From contig CAVSLC010000021.1 of the NCBI GenBank assembly GCA_963728565.1, positions 54,512 through 118,511 of the forward strand: a DNA stretch of 64,000 bases, read 5' to 3'. Source of the stretch: an uncultured delta proteobacterium (GTDB lineage: Bacteria > Desulfobacterota > Binatia > UBA9968). The position numbers and the translations under genes are program-made. The notes beneath the pieces are model-generated. The model searched no databases and had not been told where the DNA came from. It worked only from the letters and a program-made list of their open reading frames with translations. Shown piece by piece: positions 32,670 through 42,978 of this stretch (position 1 is its first letter; each line of letters begins with the position of its first letter).

Positions 32670-33055
32670 CATGCATTTGCAGCTTCTGTGGTGGTGGCTT
32701 TAGAGAGGCCGTGAATTTACGATTGCCCAAAACGATCATGCGTTAGCCATAGCGGACCTGTATCCTGTGTCACTCGCTCATTCTTTGATCCTGCCAAAAG
32801 TGCACGTCGAAACGGTGTGCGATTCGCCGCTGCGTTTTACGTCGGCTGTTTCAACCTATTCCGGGATGTCAAGACGCTTTTGACACCAAACATCGTCCAG
32901 CGGGGTTCAACGTCGGTTTTAGTTAACGGAATCTATTGACGGCCAGGCGGTGATGCTGCATGCCCACGTACAAATTATCCCGCGATACGAGGGCGACGTG
33001 CTGAAACCGAGGAACGGCATCCGACAAAATCATACCTTGCAACGGCGATTGATTA
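32670..33055 (+). pseudogene. HIT-family hydrolase remnant
   Basis: Broken frames give CSFC..NDHALAIADLYPVSLAHSLILPKVHV..GFNVG..GQAVM..HAHVQIIPRYEGDV..PRNGIR. Confidence 0.8.
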
Positions 33056-33071
33056 TTGAGACTTGGTTCCC

Positions 33072-33270
33072 GATTACCTCAACCAGATCGTCCGCATTCT
33101 TGAATACGGGCTAAACACCAATTCCTACAAACTTGCTCTGCTGCGATCAGTTGCGGAGATCGGGCGAGAAACGCCGCAAATAGATTGTATGCCGGATACC
33201 TCGTGGCTGAAAGATTCCTGAAATTGGCGGTTCACGATCTTCTTCCGAATACGCTATGCAACGGACCCTA
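33072..33270 (+). pseudogene. N-terminal remnant of an HNH endonuclease-like protein
   Basis: DYLNQIVRILEYGLNTNSYKLALLRSVAEI..VAERFLK..IRYATDP resembles the (S/T)YK.ALLR N-terminus of HNH-domain proteins; frameshifted and truncated. Confidence 0.55.
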
Positions 33271-33375
33271 CCTGGGGTGTGCTCGGGTGTTTGACCAATC
33301 ATCGCTTTGAGCGATATAGCAATGCATAACTTCAGATGCATCTGGGAAAGCGGAGATAGAGTTAAGGAGGTTTAT

Positions 33376-33732
33376 ATGAGCCGGATCCGTCACATTGCTA
33401 TCGTTACTTCGAACCAGGAAAAGCTGGGAAACTTTTACAAGACTGCTTTCGGCATGAAGGAGGTGAAGGGTATTGGGTCAGCACTTTACCTTTCTGACGG
33501 ATATATGAATCTCGCTATCATTAAGAAGACGCCTGAACTTAAGGTCGGCGAGGGCCTCTATCATTTCGGTTTCGAGGTAGACGATGTCGCGCCGCTTAGA
33601 GACGTTGTCAAAGAGGTCGGAGCTTCCAGTGAAGTACAACCTAGACCCAAAAATCGTGACGCTGAATTCAGGGTTCACGATCCGGATGGAAACGCCATCG
33701 ATCTTGTATGCTCCAGGAAATGGCCCGTATAG
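33376..33732 (+). CDS. VOC (glyoxalase/bleomycin resistance) family protein, copy 1
   Basis: RIRHIAI, YLSDG..NLA, GLYHFGFEV, DPDGN..DL; RBS AAGGAGG. Confidence 0.88.
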   Translation: MSRIRHIAIVTSNQEKLGNFYKTAFGMKEVKGIGSALYLSDGYMNLAIIKKTPELKVGEGLYHFGFEVDDVAPLRDVVKEVGASSEVQPRPKNRDAEFRVHDPDGNAIDLVCSRKWPV

Positions 33733-33934
33733 AACTCGAGCTCGGTTATCGATGACGGCTCATCGGCCTGCGCTTAGGGCGAGGCGATTTCGCCATCAGT
33801 CGTGGCGGGCCTGGTACAATCCGGTTGACTATAACGTAACGTACCGCTGTAGTGATTCTTATCAGATGGTAAGCTCGCACTAGAGAAAGAACCTCAGAAC
33901 CAAGACAAATGAAGCGACCATAAGGAGGACTAAC

Positions 33935-34360
33935 ATGGGCATTGAAATCATTGATCTAGTGGAACTCGCACGTCGAGAAAAACGTCGAAAAGTTGTGTTC
34001 AATACACCACGTTGTCATGCCTGGGTCCACTACTATCCGAATCCTGGTGAGAGAGACGATATGCATTGTCACAACGCGGATCAGACGTTCTATGTCATTG
34101 ACGGCGAATGCACCATGCATTTTCCCGATGGCGGCAAGGCGGTAATGAAGCCGGGAATGGTTGCCACCATCACCGGTGGATCCTTCTACCAGTTGGAAAA
34201 TAGCGGTGATGGCCCGATGATAATGATGGGCAATCGCTCCGGACCTTCTGAAGCTATCCAACACATCAACTATGAGCTTCGAAAGGACATTAAAAAACTC
34301 AGCACCGAGGAATTAGAGCGCGCCAATATCCCTCATATTTCGATACAGGGAAGAAGTTAA
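33935..34360 (+). CDS. Cupin domain protein
   Basis: MHCHNADQTFYVIDG cupin motif 1; RBS AGGAGG. Confidence 0.85.
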   Translation: MGIEIIDLVELARREKRRKVVFNTPRCHAWVHYYPNPGERDDMHCHNADQTFYVIDGECTMHFPDGGKAVMKPGMVATITGGSFYQLENSGDGPMIMMGNRSGPSEAIQHINYELRKDIKKLSTEELERANIPHISIQGRS

Positions 34361-34396
34361 TTGATCCCGCTCAAATCAATGTTTCGGAGGTGTCCC

Positions 34397-35446
34397 ATGA
34401 AACCAGTAGCTATGGCTTGGCTCGGGGTGTTTCTCGGGCTGATGCCGAATTTATCATGGGCCCAGCCGGATTTTTATCGAGGCAAACTGATTACGCTCAT
34501 CCAGGACAGCACTCCGGGTGGGGTGGGCCAGCTCCGAACCCAGGCATTGCTCCCTGTTTTACAGAAGCACATTCCGGGTGAACCAAGGATCGTAATGCAG
34601 TTCATGCCAGGCGCCGGCGGCAGAACGGCTGCGAATCATCTTTACAACAACGCGCCGCGCGACGGCTTAACCATTGGCCGGGTGAGCAGTGGACTGGTAA
34701 CGTCTGCCATTCTCGCGCTGCCGGGCGTTCAATATGACATCAACAAACTGATTTACTTGGGCTCTGGTCACAACGAGGTAAACAACGTTTTTTTTTCACG
34801 CAGTCAACTCGGTCTGGATAACCTCAATAAACTCAGAGCAGCTACAGGGTTGAGGATCGGAGGACAGTCGGTTGGCCACTCCAACTATGTGATTGCCAGA
34901 CTTTTTGCATGGCTGCTTGATTTGAAAGAACCCAGATTTGTGGTGGGCTTTTCCGGAGCGGAGATGGACGTAGCTCTCATGCAAGGCGAGCTAGATGCTC
35001 GCGCGAATAGTGCAGAAACCGTGGTTCAGCGTACCCCTCAATTCATTAACGAGCGACTTATGAACTTCCATGGCGTAGCCGAGATTCCGCACGGATATCG
35101 CTACAAGCATCCCGCTTTCGGCGAGCTCCCCGCACTGCACAGGTTTAGTAAGACTGACAAGGAAAAAAGAGTGCTGGATATGTTCGCTGCGTTCGGCCGG
35201 TTCAGCCAAGCTTTTGTTCTACCACCAGGCACTCCAAATGACCGGGTGAGAACTCTCAAAGACGCTTTCAGAAAGGCATGGAAAGATCCTGAGTTTCATG
35301 CAAACTGGACAAAGATGACTCGTGCGGATCCTTCGCCTCTGATGCCCGAGGAGTTGGAAGAGCTAGTTAAAAATATTCCAAGAGACCCGGAAGACATTAA
35401 GCTGTACAACACGATCGCTGGAGCAGATCCTTTGCCGAGGCGGTAA
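34397..35446 (+). CDS. TctC/Bug-family periplasmic solute-binding protein
   Basis: Signal peptide, FYRGK.I, PGG, MPGAGG..AANHLY..APRDG, PPGTP.DRV..L..AF. Confidence 0.87.
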   Translation: MKPVAMAWLGVFLGLMPNLSWAQPDFYRGKLITLIQDSTPGGVGQLRTQALLPVLQKHIPGEPRIVMQFMPGAGGRTAANHLYNNAPRDGLTIGRVSSGLVTSAILALPGVQYDINKLIYLGSGHNEVNNVFFSRSQLGLDNLNKLRAATGLRIGGQSVGHSNYVIARLFAWLLDLKEPRFVVGFSGAEMDVALMQGELDARANSAETVVQRTPQFINERLMNFHGVAEIPHGYRYKHPAFGELPALHRFSKTDKEKRVLDMFAAFGRFSQAFVLPPGTPNDRVRTLKDAFRKAWKDPEFHANWTKMTRADPSPLMPEELEELVKNIPRDPEDIKLYNTIAGADPLPRR

Positions 35447-35522
35447 AGAATATTGGCACACTCTACCTCAATCGTTTTGACGCTAGCGGCTGCGATTAGA
35501 ATTAAATGCAGGAGGATTGCAG

Positions 35523-35870
35523 ATGCCCAAGATTCGCCATATCGCTATCGTGAGTTCAAACCGGGAAAAGTTAGCAGAATTTTATAAACAAGCCTTCGGC
35601 ATGAAACAGGTGCAAGGCGAAGGAGGTGCTATTTACCTCTCGGACGGTTCTATAAACCTCGCCCTGAACCCACACTATGCCGGACGAGAACCCGGTCTTT
35701 ATCATTTTGGTTTTGAAGTCGAAGATCTCGACAGTTTAAAAAAGAAGCTTAAAGAAGCGGGTGCAGGTAGCGAGGTTCAGAGGCGGCCGCGGAATCGCGA
35801 AGCCGAGTACCGGGTTCTTGACCCCGACGGTAATCCCATCGACCTTTCAACTCACGGCTGGCCAACCTAA
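35523..35870 (+). CDS. VOC family protein, copy 2
   Basis: KIRHIAI, YLSDG, GLYHFGFEV, DPDGNPIDL. Confidence 0.88.
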   Translation: MPKIRHIAIVSSNREKLAEFYKQAFGMKQVQGEGGAIYLSDGSINLALNPHYAGREPGLYHFGFEVEDLDSLKKKLKEAGAGSEVQRRPRNREAEYRVLDPDGNPIDLSTHGWPT

Positions 35871-35918
35871 TCACCTACAGGTGCTGACAAGAATGGATAT
35901 TCATGAAGGGAGGCGCAA

Positions 35919-36269
35919 ATGCCAAGAATACGTCATCTCGCAATCGTAAGTCCAAACCGAGAGCGTCTGGTAAATTTCTATACGACCGCCTTCGATATGA
36001 GAGTCGTCTATGGTCGCCCGACTAGCACACATCTTTCCGATGGAGATTTCAATTTAGCCATCGTCGATCAAAAACCTGACCTGAAGCCAGGACTCTATGT
36101 CCTCGGGTTTGATGTTGATGATCTCCAGGATTTGGAAGGGAGCCTTAAGAAAGCCGGCGCCTCTTCAGAGCTTACACCGATGCCAAAGGACCATGATGCT
36201 GAGTTTAGAGTTCTTGATCCAGATGGGAACCAGCTTGATCTCGCGATCCATGGGTGGTGCGTTGTTTAG
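35919..36269 (+). CDS. VOC family protein, copy 3
   Basis: RIRHLAI, HLSDG, GLYVLGFDV, DPDGNQLDL. Confidence 0.85.
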   Translation: MPRIRHLAIVSPNRERLVNFYTTAFDMRVVYGRPTSTHLSDGDFNLAIVDQKPDLKPGLYVLGFDVDDLQDLEGSLKKAGASSELTPMPKDHDAEFRVLDPDGNQLDLAIHGWCVV

Positions 36270-36861
36270 GATTTACACTCGAATCTCCATAGCTCATCTG
36301 GTCAAAGAGATTTTCTTGGCGACCTTAGTCTTATGGGGGCAGTTTCTACCTTGAAAAATGTTTGTTTGTGATCTGGAAGGACGATGGCGCCATGCCTTCG
36401 GATGACGTGACCCCTACCGCAAAAGCAAAAGTCCGTGTCAACATCAGCGGCGGGCAGGAGCCAAATAGCGTACCGTTATTCTCAGGCCAAACATTCCTGC
36501 GGCTCGGCAGCAGTTTGCCCCTTGGGCTTTTGTGCACTGAAGATAAACCCCTCGAAAACAAAGACCAACAAGACTAGCAGCAACAAGCAAATGTTTGGCT
36601 TCGTTGGAATTCTCTATCTCAGCTAGTTCTGCTTCGCGCCGTAGACCGGGAATGCGAGAACCAACCGCGAGGCCCAAAGGAGGCGATCGGGTGGACCGAC
36701 GAGATTTCGCGGCACGCGCAGGCTTGACAGATCGCCGATGAAAGAGTGGCGGAGAGGAAGAGGCCGCAGCCGCCGGGCGAAAGACGCGCGCAATCGCAGA
36801 TCAACCTCACAAGACAAATAGCTCTTGTTATTTTTTTCCTCGGGGAGTATTTTCGCAGCCC

Positions 36862-37116
36862 ATGATCATTCATCTCTCCGTCAAAGACGCAGACTATGAC
36901 TGCTTGATAGAGCACGTTGCTGAGGAGGATTCTAACGCCTGCAGCGCACTGCGCCGGGCTACGAAAGAGGAAAAACCCCGGAGTGATCTAAGCGGATGGA
37001 GAGTGGTTTGCAGCCCTACGGAAGCTGTCGTGATGCTCCGAGTTGCGCTTACGCATTGTCCTGATGCTGTTCCCGACATTAGAGCGGCGCTCAATTCTCC
37101 TCACACGAAAGCATAA
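36862..37116 (+). CDS. Small hypothetical Cys-containing protein
   Basis: 84 aa ORF with GGGGAG upstream; similar to the next ORF. Confidence 0.55.
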   Translation: MIIHLSVKDADYDCLIEHVAEEDSNACSALRRATKEEKPRSDLSGWRVVCSPTEAVVMLRVALTHCPDAVPDIRAALNSPHTKA

Positions 37117-37203
37117 AAGTTTTCCTGCGCCTGGTTCTTCTGAATTACTCTCGCCCATAATCTCATTGATTTCCTACGACCAGAGTAGTACGTTCCAGCC
37201 GCG

Positions 37204-37449
37204 ATGTTCGTCGAATTTTCAGTCACCCCGGTGGAGTACGGGTGTCTGTTGAAAAACGCCGATAGAACCACCAGCGCATTCCCGCCGCTCCTGAACGCTG
37301 TCCTTGAGCTTTCTACAACAACAAAATGGCTGATTACCTGCAGACCGCTCGACGAGCATGGGCAGGCAATCGACGTCATGGAGGCGCTCAAGCGCAGCAG
37401 GGAACGAGTACCGGCGAAGAAGAGATTGGCGATAAGCCTAGATCAATAA
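37204..37449 (+). CDS. Small hypothetical protein, paralog of the previous ORF with a different tail
   Basis: Shares SV...Y.CL......S.A...L..A.....W...C pattern with 36862..37116. Confidence 0.45.
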   Translation: MFVEFSVTPVEYGCLLKNADRTTSAFPPLLNAVLELSTTTKWLITCRPLDEHGQAIDVMEALKRSRERVPAKKRLAISLDQ

Positions 37450-37541
37450 TGTCTTTCAGCGCTTGTCGAAAATTTCACAAGAACGAGCTGCTGCGCAAAA
37501 CAAAACAATCGGCAGATTTACAACGAGCATTCTACATTCTA

Positions 37542-38168
37542 TTAGCGAGTGCCCCGACTGTCGTTCTCTCTGTTTCGCTCGATCGTTTCGTGGCGTTTCG
37601 CAAGATCGCTTTCAAGTTCCATTCGTTTTGCAACCCATTCACTGGAGGCGATGAGCTTTTGCCAATCGATGTCTCTGCCGGAGATTAAAGCGAGGTCCGT
37701 CTGAATCGCCGAACGTATCTCGCGCCCCGGATCCCAGAATCTCCCAAAGGACGAGCCGTGGTTCTGATCGACATACTCCAACCATTGATGCACTCCACGC
37801 AGGCCACCTTCGATCTCCTTAAGGCCTCTCTGGCGGTCGCCCTCTCGAGCTAACGCAAGGCCGAAATAGAGTCTGGAAAGATCTTCTTGACGATTAGCGG
37901 CAAGCGCTCGCTCAAGCGCCTCGCGCGCTTGAGGAAGCCGCCCCATATCGTAATTCACCCGGCCGACGTAACTCCAGACTCCCTGGCGTAGCGCGGTGCC
38001 GTAAACATAGTTTGGGTCCACTTCCGCAGCCTTTTGGAAATGTGCATAGGCGGCTTCGTTATTGCCGATAAGGTAAGCCTGTCTTCCTGAGTTGACCTCC
38101 CGAGCGGCTTGAAAACCGGCGCAACCCGAAAGGAGCAGAATTAGCGCGACTGAAATGCTGGTTTTCAT
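37542..38168 (-). CDS. TPR-containing lipoprotein
   Basis: Lipobox LSGC, TPR-like helices, RBS AGGAGG. Confidence 0.8.
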   Translation of the reverse strand: MKTSISVALILLLSGCAGFQAAREVNSGRQAYLIGNNEAAYAHFQKAAEVDPNYVYGTALRQGVWSYVGRVNYDMGRLPQAREALERALAANRQEDLSRLYFGLALAREGDRQRGLKEIEGGLRGVHQWLEYVDQNHGSSFGRFWDPGREIRSAIQTDLALISGRDIDWQKLIASSEWVAKRMELESDLAKRHETIERNRENDSRGTR

Positions 38169-38219
38169 GATTCCTCCTGATCAACAAAGATAATCCTGCG
38201 CACTCTAAAAAGACAATCC

Positions 38220-39128
38220 AGCGTCGTTCGGCTGCTGGCTCGTAAAGCCGTCGACGCCGGGGTCGAGCTTAGGGGCGGTTGCAAGTTAATCGATATGAAG
38301 CCGGGCGATGAGTCTCTGACAATCACCATCCGGGATGCTCACCGAGACCGAACCGAAGAGATTGAGAGTAAAATCCTGATCGGCGCCGACGGCATATCGA
38401 GCCGTGTGGCGAAAGCCACCGCGCGCAATGGCCACGGCACGACGCCGCTTCTCCAAGCGATAGTCGAACTGCCGAAGGGAACGCCGCCGGGCACTACGCA
38501 AGTCTGGTTTGAGCCGGCGGATACGCGTTATTTTTATTGGCTCATCCCGCAATCAAAAACCCATGCGGCCGTAGGCTTTATCGCCGAAGATGGCAAGAGC
38601 GCGAGGCGCAGATTGGAACGATTTCTCGACCGCATCGGGCTCAAAGCCGTGGAGATGCAGTCAGCCCGAATACCTTCCTACGCCCATTCCACTCGACCGT
38701 GCCGGCGTATCGGCCGTTGCCAGGTCTACCTGATCGGCGATGCCGCGGCTCAGGTCAAGGTCACGACTGTGGGCGGCCTGGTGACCGGATTACGCGGCGC
38801 AAGAGCTGCGGCCAATGCGATCTTGCGCGGCTCCGATTACATGAAGGAGCTGCGCGCGTTGCGCCGGGAGCTGAGTCTGCATCTGCTGATCAGGAACGTA
38901 TTGAACCGATTTCACGGCGCAGATTACGACCGGCTTCTCGGTTTGATGAACGAAAAGACCATCCACTTGTTAGGCAGATACAACCGCGATCAGGCGGCCA
39001 GAATCGTATGCCGCATCCTTCTTGCGCAGCCGCGATTGATAAGTCTAGCCGCCGTGTTGTCGCGAAAAGAAATAACTGAGCCTGACAGATACGGTTATAA
39101 GTCGACAGACGCCCGACTTGACGCGTAG
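38220..39128 (+). pseudogene. FAD-dependent oxidoreductase (geranylgeranyl reductase-like), N-terminally truncated
   Basis: LIGADG..SRVA, YFYWLIP, LIGDAAAQVK.TT.GG; the N-terminal GxGxxG is absent and there is an in-frame stop at ~38,180. Confidence 0.7.
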
Positions 39129-39189
39129 TTTGGTGTATCCGAATGTGACGATTTCGTGCTAACGCATGCTGGTAATCGCATTTTGATCG

Positions 39190-39226
39190 GCCCGGCTGGG
39201 GAGTCCTCCAGACCGGGCTTTGTTTT
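39190..39226 (+). terminator. Probable rho-independent terminator
   Basis: GCCCGG-CTGG...CCAG-A-CCGGGC hairpin followed by TTTGTTTT. Confidence 0.65.
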
Positions 39227-39279
39227 CGTGCTCGGGCTTACTCCGGGTTCTTTGAAGTCTTTCAGCAGAGATCTCTACA

Positions 39280-39369
39280 GCTGGGAAGCGGGGAAGCTAA
39301 AAAGCTCGGAGGGAGAAAGCTGGGAAGCTGGAGATTTCTGGCCTCCTAGCTTTCAGGCTATCTAGCTTC
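39280..39369. repeat. Degenerate 8-bp tandem repeat (GCTGGGAA-like) with an inverted second arm
   Basis: gctgggaa gcggggaa gctaaaaa gctcggag ... gctgggaa gctggaga, then gcctccta gctttcag gctatcta gcttc. Confidence 0.65.
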
Positions 39370-39410
39370 GCGCTGCCAAAGGCGCTCAGGGGTTAGCTCG
39401 AATGGTTGCT

Positions 39411-39842
39411 TTACAAAAACAACATGGTCGCGATCAAAAGACATTCGACTAACAACAGAAAAAGGTAAACCCAGCCGTAACGTCTCAAGTGATTGACGAT
39501 CTTGTATTGGCTCTTAAAGACCGGCGCTTGAGGCGCTGGAGCTTTGGGGGTTGGCGGTCGAGAAGGTCTATTTGCCGACGGGCGGGTTGTCGGTCGGGGC
39601 TTGGCTGGCGGTTCAGCTTCGACCTTCCGGATCCACTCGTCATGTTTCCTTCGCAGATCAGGATCGGAAAGAACCCTGTAAGCCGCATTGATGATCGTCA
39701 TGGTCCTGGATGCTTTTGGGTCGCCCGGGTTTCGATCGGGATGATATTTCTGTGACAAGGATTTATATGCGGCGCGGATCACTTCAGACGGCGCATCGCG
39801 TGCCACTTTTAAGTTATCGTAGTGCGTGCGCACCTTAGGCAC
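39411..39842 (-). CDS. J-domain (DnaJ type III) protein with C-terminal membrane anchor
   Basis: THYDNL.V, IRAAYK.L..KYHPD, INAAY.VLSD; Pro-rich linker; terminal TM helix. Confidence 0.9.
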   Translation of the reverse strand: MPKVRTHYDNLKVARDAPSEVIRAAYKSLSQKYHPDRNPGDPKASRTMTIINAAYRVLSDPDLRRKHDEWIRKVEAEPPAKPRPTTRPSANRPSRPPTPKAPAPQAPVFKSQYKIVNHLRRYGWVYLFLLLVECLLIATMLFL

Positions 39843-40050
39843 GGCTGTCCTCCGTGAATCCAGTGGATGGTTCTTCGAGCTGTATCATCGGCGTTTGATC
39901 CGGACAATTGCTCCGGCTCCTTCGCAAGCTAAGTTTAGCAGATCGCAGAGCTGCCTGGTTGCCGTCTTGTTTGCCCTCGCACCGCTGGCATATTATGACT
40001 TGAAACCGGCGGGAAACCAGTATGAACGAAGGTTGCTGATAAAAATCGCC

Positions 40051-40563
40051 ATGCAGTCAGGACTCAATCTCTCCATTGATTTGCGCGTTGCGAAACGCGC
40101 GGCTTTTCTCTTTTTTATCGGATTAATCGCGATCATCACCCTCGGAGCAACGACCGAGACGACCGTTTATTCTCACGTATCGAACAGAGCACTCAAGCAA
40201 AAATCGCTTCAGCTCGTCCAAGACATCCGCCGCTTGGTGGATTCTTACAAAAAAAAGGACCGTGAGTTAATGACCGAGTACGACAGAAAGGACCGGCCGA
40301 ACGCGAGTAAAGAGGGGGCGCGCGCATTGCGGCAGCAGTGGCTGAAAGACTCGGACCTGGCCCACGATTCAACGATGCGTTACTACAAAGATCATTACTG
40401 GGCCGATGCCATATTGTTTATCGGCGAGTTGAACCGAAGGCTGTCGAAACGAGCAAAGCAGCCTGAGGTCCTGAGACTATATCAACATCCCACCAACGTT
40501 CTTGGTCTGGCCGCCATCGCTGATCACCTGGAACTTCATTCTAAGTTATTGCCGGCCTCTTAA
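40051..40563 (+). CDS. Hypothetical membrane-anchored/secreted helical protein
   Basis: Long ORF with an N-terminal hydrophobic segment; start uncertain. Confidence 0.6.
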   Translation: MQSGLNLSIDLRVAKRAAFLFFIGLIAIITLGATTETTVYSHVSNRALKQKSLQLVQDIRRLVDSYKKKDRELMTEYDRKDRPNASKEGARALRQQWLKDSDLAHDSTMRYYKDHYWADAILFIGELNRRLSKRAKQPEVLRLYQHPTNVLGLAAIADHLELHSKLLPAS

Positions 40564-40655
40564 ACCAGCCTGCACGAAATTCTCTAAACTCTGTCGAAGC
40601 GGGATCGATTTGAAGAGATTACTTCAGTGTGTTATAAAGTGATCGCGAGGTAGTT

Positions 40656-40700
40656 ATGAAACAAGGCATCCATCCAGAGTACAAACAGGCGCAGGTTTGA
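40656..40700 (+). CDS. rpmE: 50S ribosomal protein L31, first 14 codons only (cut at a junction)
   Basis: RBS GAGG then MKQGIHPEYKQAQV, the canonical L31 N-terminus; no continuation found. Confidence 0.85.
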   Translation: MKQGIHPEYKQAQV

Positions 40701-40865
40701 GTGACAGATGCAGCTTTCTGCGGGGAATCCAATGCGCCTGAGTCTCGCGGTATGGCTGTCATAAGCGTTGTCGCTTGGGGTGAATCCTCCTCCATTACTC
40801 ACCGGGCGCTGCGGCCGAGAAATTGGTCTCCTCTATTGAGGCGGCCGCAGCGCCCCAACTTTTTT

Positions 40866-41981
40866 CTATGCCAGCTTCTTGCGAAACCGCAGGGCGCTCA
40901 ACACCAGCAGCACAATCCCATCACTGCAAGCGTAATGACCTCGTTCAGCAGATCCGATATAGTTGCGCCGCGCAACACTATGCCGCGAATGATCTCCATG
41001 AAATGCGTCGCGGGCATCAGAAACCATATCGCTCGCATAACCGCAGGCATCGAATCGCGCGGGAACATAAAACCTGACAGCAGCACCGAAGGCAACATAA
41101 TCAACAAGGCCAGTTGCAATGCCTGCATCTGATTTTGCGCCTTCGTCGAAATCAGCAGCCCGATTGCCAGCGCCGTAAACAGAAAGAGTATCGATAGCAC
41201 GAGCAGCAACAGGACCGAGCCGTTTATCGGCACGTCGAAAATCACCCGCATGACCGTCAGCACCGTGACGTCTCAAAGAATCCTATCAACCCGTATGGCA
41301 CGAGCTTGCCCAACATAAGCCCGAAAGGGCGAATCGGCGTGACCAGCAATTGCTCAAGCGTTCCGCGCTCGCGCTCGCGCACGATTGAAAAGGCCGTCAG
41401 CATCGTCGTGATCATTTGAAGAATGATGGCGACCAGTCCCGGCACCATGAAGTTTGCCGAGCGCGAATCCGGGTTAAATAGCATCTTCGGGCGCACTTCG
41501 ATCGGGAAGCTCGCGCGAGCCGCTTCACTGCCGGCTGTGAGCCTCTCAAGCGATTCTAGTCAGGCCGACGGATGTGAAACCTGAAGGCTCTGCGTCGCGA
41601 TGCTCGAATCAGACCCGTCTATCAAGACCAGCACGGTGGCCTGGCGATTTGAGCGAGCCGATCGGAGTAATCGGGCGGAATCTTTATGCCGACTTTCACG
41701 CGGCCCGCGACGATGGCGTTATTCAACTCTTCGTCGGAGCTGACGTATTCAGTGATGTGGAAATAATCCGTATTCTCAAACGCGGCCAGAAGCTCGCGCG
41801 ACTCGCGCCCCATGTCGAGGTTATAAACGGCCGTCTTGATGTCGCGCACGTCAGTGTTGATGGCGTAGCCGAAGAGCAGCAGTTGAAACATCGGCACGAA
41901 CAGCATCAGCACAAGCGTGAGCGGATCGCGGCTGATCTGGATAATCTCTTTATAAAAGATGGAACCGAATCCTTTAAACAT
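40866..41981 (-). CDS. ABC-2 type transporter permease (YbhR/S-like), frameshifted
   Basis: [48 protein letters not shown]. Confidence 0.88.
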
Positions 41982-42977
41982 GGTCGTTACCGTTCCGGTT
42001 TAGGGCTTGCCCGGCTGCCTTTGCCGCTTGACTGCCACCGCTTGCGTGCGCTTTGTCAGCGTCACGAATACGTCTTCGAGCGACGGGCGCGCGGTCGTCA
42101 CCTCGGCCTGCATCGATGCCTATCGCGCGAGGTCCTTCTTTATTCGTTCAATAGGCTCGTCAATCGTCCATCAGCAGGTGAATCGACTGGCCGAATATAG
42201 TGGCGTTCATCACGTAATCTGCCTCGCTTCAACTCGGCGAGCGCGACGGTCGTATTCGGGCAAATCACTTCAACCCACTTGCGTTCGGCGGGCGTCACGT
42301 CCGGCAATCGCTTAAGCTCGTCGGGCGCGCCGTAGGTGATCAGCCTCGAGTTGTAGATGTAGCCCACGCGCGCGCAGCGTTCGGCTTCGTCCATATAGTG
42401 CGTCGTCACGAACAGCGTTATCCCGTCGCTTGAAAGTTGGAAGAACAGATCCCATAACTCGCGCCGCGCTACAGGGTCGATCCCGGCGGTCGGCTCGTCC
42501 AGAAAGATTATTTTCGGCTCGTGCACGAGCGCGCAGGCGAGCGCGAGCCGCTGCTTCCACCCGCCCGAAAGCGTGCCCGCGCGGCGGTCGATGAATCGTT
42601 CGATGTGCGTCAGATCAATCACCTCGTCGCGCCGCCTTTTTAGCCGCTCGCCTTTCAAGCCCATAGACGTGCGCGTAGAAGTTTATGTTCTCCCAGACCG
42701 TCAGGTCTTGATAGAGGCTGAAATGCTGCGACATGTAGCCGATATTCCGGCGAATCTCTTCGGTCTGTTTCTGAATGTCGAAGCCCGCGACGCGGGCCGT
42801 CCCCGCCGTCGGCGCAATCAGCCCGCAGAGCATTCTTATGATGGTGGACTTGCCCGAGCCGTTCGGGCCGAGAAAGCCGAATATCTCGCCGCTCTCGACC
42901 GAAAAGCTGACATCATTGACGGCCGTGAAGTTGCCGAACTTTTTTGTCAGCCCGTTGATTTCGATCGCTGTGGCCAT
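41975..42977 (-). CDS. ABC transporter ATP-binding protein, frameshifted
   Basis: [34 protein letters not shown]. Confidence 0.9.
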
Positions 42978-42978
42978 G

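Noticed and set aside
36300-36860. Possible gene remnants between VOC copy 3 and the small ORFs
   Set aside because: No recognisable motif in any frame; cannot be supported without a search.
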